This document shows positions 29,954 through 32,000 of a DNA stretch of 32,000 nt, piece after piece (positions within the stretch are counted from its first letter, which is position 1; every line of letters begins with the position of its first letter). The position numbers and the translations under genes are program-made. Under the pieces are notes generated by a model. The model had not been told where the DNA came from. It searched no databases and saw nothing but the letters and a program-made list of their open reading frames with translations. The stretch comes from Candidatus Saccharimonadota bacterium (GTDB lineage Bacteria > Patescibacteriota > Gracilibacteria > UBA4473), in NCBI GenBank assembly GCA_020632335.1, contig JACKFV010000001.1:570001-602000 (forward strand). Direction: 5' to 3'.

Positions 29954-30682
29954 CTACTGCGCAGCCTCGACAGTCTCGGTTGTGGTTTCTGCTGTGGTGG
30001 CAGCTTCATCTGTGGTCATCTTCACCGCCTCTTCCACCAGCTCTGGAGCCACTTCTTCTACTTCTCCCAGTGTTTCCAGGCGTTCCAGCTGCCCCAGCTG
30101 TGGCATATCCGCTATGGTGATGCTGCTGAGGAAGCTCATAAAGGCCTCATTCCCCAGTGCGTCACGGCTACTCTCCAGCTGGTTGATGGTGTAGGCCATA
30201 CCATTGGCGTCCGTCAGATAGCTGGCCATAGCCGCTGGCACGCCGTCTTGCGTGATGTCCGCGGTGATCTTAATCACCTCCATACCGTTATCCAGCGTGA
30301 GTTCCTCACTGGTGGTGTCCTCCGTAGCCGAGAAATTCCCCGCCACGTAGGCCGCTACTTCCTCCACGGTGCTGGCTCCGGGCACATAGGGCAGCGCGCC
30401 GATGCGGAAGTTAGACCCCTCCGCCCCCGTACAGGTAACGTAATACCCCCGCAGGTCATCGCCCACGCGCTCACAGTCATACCCTGCCGGAGCGGTGTAG
30501 GTCAGGCTCTCGGTGATGTCTGGCACCTTGTAGATCTCCACGTCTGCTGGGAGGGGAGTGTCGTCAGTGGCTTCGGTAGTTGTGTCGGTGACGGGGGCCG
30601 CGTCATCGGTATCTTGTCGTCCCCAGCAAGCCGTGAGGAAGACCGGAACCAAGAGCAGTGCCAAGAGATGGGAGTATTTCAT
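29954..30682 (-). CDS. Acidic lipoprotein (hypothetical)
   Basis: 242 aa. Lipobox LLVPVFLTAC, with Thr/Asp/Glu-rich termini. A terminator hairpin lies about 30 nt after the stop. Confidence 0.7.
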   Translation of the reverse strand: MKYSHLLALLLVPVFLTACWGRQDTDDAAPVTDTTTEATDDTPLPADVEIYKVPDITESLTYTAPAGYDCERVGDDLRGYYVTCTGAEGSNFRIGALPYVPGASTVEEVAAYVAGNFSATEDTTSEELTLDNGMEVIKITADITQDGVPAAMASYLTDANGMAYTINQLESSRDALGNEAFMSFLSSITIADMPQLGQLERLETLGEVEEVAPELVEEAVKMTTDEAATTAETTTETVEAAQ

Positions 30683-30709
30683 GAGAAGAAGAGAGAAAAG
30701 AGAAGTCTC

Positions 30710-31411
30710 CTAGAGGGAGCGTTTACGGAAGTACATATAGAGCAGCCCCAGCACCACGATGCCTCCCACCAGGTACCAGGTAGTGTTATTCCGCATCAGA
30801 TAGGTGGTGGCCACCTCACCGGCGCTGTCAGGGCCATAGCCGCTGATGTAAAAGCGCTCGTCATTCGGCGTCGGGAAGGCCATACCCTCAGGGCTTTTCA
30901 GCGGCTGGCCAAAGTTATTCACCACCGCCTGGAGGATATCGTCCTTCCGGTAGCCCATGATGACGTCTCGGTTCGCGATGATATTAGTGGGCACAGCGAT
31001 GTCGGTATCCTTAATACCCGGGGCAAACTGCTTGACGCGATCACGGAACTGGCTGGCATTCTCGCTACTAGATCCTACCTCCCAATAGGCAAATTCCACG
31101 TCTGGGTAGGTTGCTTCCAGCGTCGGCATGAGTTCGGCCAGCTGCTGCTGACAGTGCGGGCAGGTAGAGAGATGGTACATCTCAAAGCGCTTGACCACCG
31201 GTGTTGTGTCCTCGGGTGTCGTCGCTGCAGCGGTGGTCACTGCTGCTGTGGGTGTAGGAGTAGTAGGCGCTTCCGTCGCTGTAGGGGCGCTAGTCACCAC
31301 CGGCGCCGCAAACTCCACTGTGGTGCTGGTTTCCGTCTGCGCCTGGGCCGTCAGGTGCACTACTCCGCCCAGCAGCACCGTCATGAGTCCGATAAAGACG
31401 TATTTTCGCAT
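30710..31411 (-). CDS. Membrane-anchored thioredoxin-fold (DsbA/thiol-disulfide oxidoreductase-like) protein
   Basis: Signal peptide MRKYVFIGLMTVLLGGVVHLTAQA, T/A/P-rich linker, CxxC motif STCPHCQQQ, and a C-terminal TM WYLVGGIVVLGLLYMYF. I chose the start at 31411 on the basis of CATACT-N7-ATG. Confidence 0.72.
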   Translation of the reverse strand: MRKYVFIGLMTVLLGGVVHLTAQAQTETSTTVEFAAPVVTSAPTATEAPTTPTPTAAVTTAAATTPEDTTPVVKRFEMYHLSTCPHCQQQLAELMPTLEATYPDVEFAYWEVGSSSENASQFRDRVKQFAPGIKDTDIAVPTNIIANRDVIMGYRKDDILQAVVNNFGQPLKSPEGMAFPTPNDERFYISGYGPDSAGEVATTYLMRNNTTWYLVGGIVVLGLLYMYFRKRSL

Positions 31412-31418
31412 GGTATGC

Positions 31419-31446
31419 AGTATGGACGCTCGAGCCAGCTTGTCTA
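31419..31446 (-). promoter_or_regulatory. Leaderless-type promoter of the thioredoxin-like gene
   Basis: TAGACA-N16-CATACT, then 7 nt, then ATG at 31411. Confidence 0.4.
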
Positions 31447-31501
31447 GCGAAACCTCCAGACAGTCTCTTGACAATAGTGAGCGTCTGTGTTTTTTGGCAT
31501 G

Positions 31502-31529
31502 TTGCCAAGGGGGTGCGCATCACTACAGT
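31502..31529 (+). promoter_or_regulatory. Leaderless-type promoter of the HTTM gene
   Basis: TTGCCA-N16-TACAGT, then 7 nt, then ATG at 31537. Confidence 0.5.
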
Positions 31530-31536
31530 GGCAGAT

Positions 31537-32000
31537 ATGCAGCGCTCTTTCCTCTGGCAGACCGTCCTCCAGTACCTTACCCGGCCCTTCCGGCTGAGCA
31601 GCGCGGGGCTGCTTATTCTCCGTGTGGGGGTGGGGCTGCTGCTGGTGCTGGACTGCCTCCGGCGCCTGCCCTATGCCGAGGCGTGGCTGAGTGACACCGG
31701 GGTGCTGCCACGCGACGCCATGGTGCAGCTGACGGGCGGGCTGTGGTCGTGGAGTGTCTTCTCGGTCAGCGGGGGCACGTGGTGGGCCGTAGCGCTGCTG
31801 CTGGCGGGGGTGGTGACGGGGGCGTTGATGGCGGTGGGGTACCGGACGCGCCTGATGAGCGTGCTGGCCTTTGTGCTGATTAACTCGCTGGATGTGCGTA
31901 ATCCGCTCCTCAGCAGTGGTGCGGATCTCCTCCTACGGCTGGCCAGTACCTGGGCCATGCTGCTGCCGCTGGGGAGGGTGTCCTCGCTGGATCTCGCCTT
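31537..32000 (+). CDS. HTTM (vitamin K-dependent gamma-carboxylase-like) domain membrane protein, 5' part; runs off the window
   Basis: Absent from the track (no stop in the window). My translation is MQRSFLWQTVLQYLTRPFRLSSAGLLILRVGVGLLLVLDCLRRLPYAEAWLSDTGVLP...GYRTRLMSVLAFVLINSLDVRNPLL..GADLLLRLASTWAMLLPLGRVSSLD, which has the HTTM layout. Preceded by TTGCCA-N16-TACAGT-N7-ATG. Confidence 0.7.
   Translation, partial: MQRSFLWQTVLQYLTRPFRLSSAGLLILRVGVGLLLVLDCLRRLPYAEAWLSDTGVLPRDAMVQLTGGLWSWSVFSVSGGTWWAVALLLAGVVTGALMAVGYRTRLMSVLAFVLINSLDVRNPLLSSGADLLLRLASTWAMLLPLGRVSSLDLA

Noticed and set aside
1-32000. Alternative genetic code (TGA or TAG reassignment), as in some uncultivated lineages or recoded phages.
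   Set aside because: Long conserved genes are intact under the standard code. TGA (tagA-like gene, 2-TM protein) and TAG (dnaE, rpsD, hisS) both terminate well-conserved proteins at expected lengths. Only the single TAG in the portal-like gene is anomalous.

Overview
GC-rich bacterial chromosomal segment with short AT-rich intergenic islands. All homology calls are by-eye motif recognition on the supplied translations; no searches were run.

**Core content**
- dnaE, and an rnc-nusB-rpmF cluster.
- mscL.
- An alpha-type ribosomal operon: infA-rpmJ-rpsM-rpsK-rpsD-rpoA-rplQ-rplM-rpsI.
- A WecB/TagA/CpsF-family glycosyltransferase and an RNHCP protein.
- A soluble histidine kinase, a HIT hydrolase, a PfkB kinase and a CaCA exchanger.
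- recJ, a class A PBP and hisS.
- An envelope cluster: secreted beta-rich protein, lipoprotein, membrane-anchored thioredoxin-like protein, HTTM protein.
- A partial 3D-domain cell-wall protein at the left edge.
- I saw no rRNA, tRNA, CRISPR array, transposase or integrase.

**Most notable observation**
- Four phage virion-type genes sit singly, about 3-6 kb apart and on both strands, between essential housekeeping genes.
- They are a distal-tail (Dit)-like gene, a portal-like gene split by one in-frame TAG, a tail-hub (Tal/gp27)-like gene and a lambda gpE-type major capsid gene.
- All use host-like expression signals. The capsid gene carries the only perfect consensus promoter in the window.
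- This does not look like an ordinary contiguous prophage. It suggests a domesticated, dispersed phage-particle (GTA-like) gene set.

**Further observations**
- Three non-coding units are bounded by a promoter and a terminator and are candidate sRNAs.
- Leaderless promoter architecture is pervasive (TAnnnT, then 6-7 nt, then ATG).
- Leadered genes have CU-rich, G-poor leaders instead of Shine-Dalgarno sites.
- IF-1 is insertion-bearing.
- A holin-like membrane protein is translationally coupled to a muralytic-type protein.
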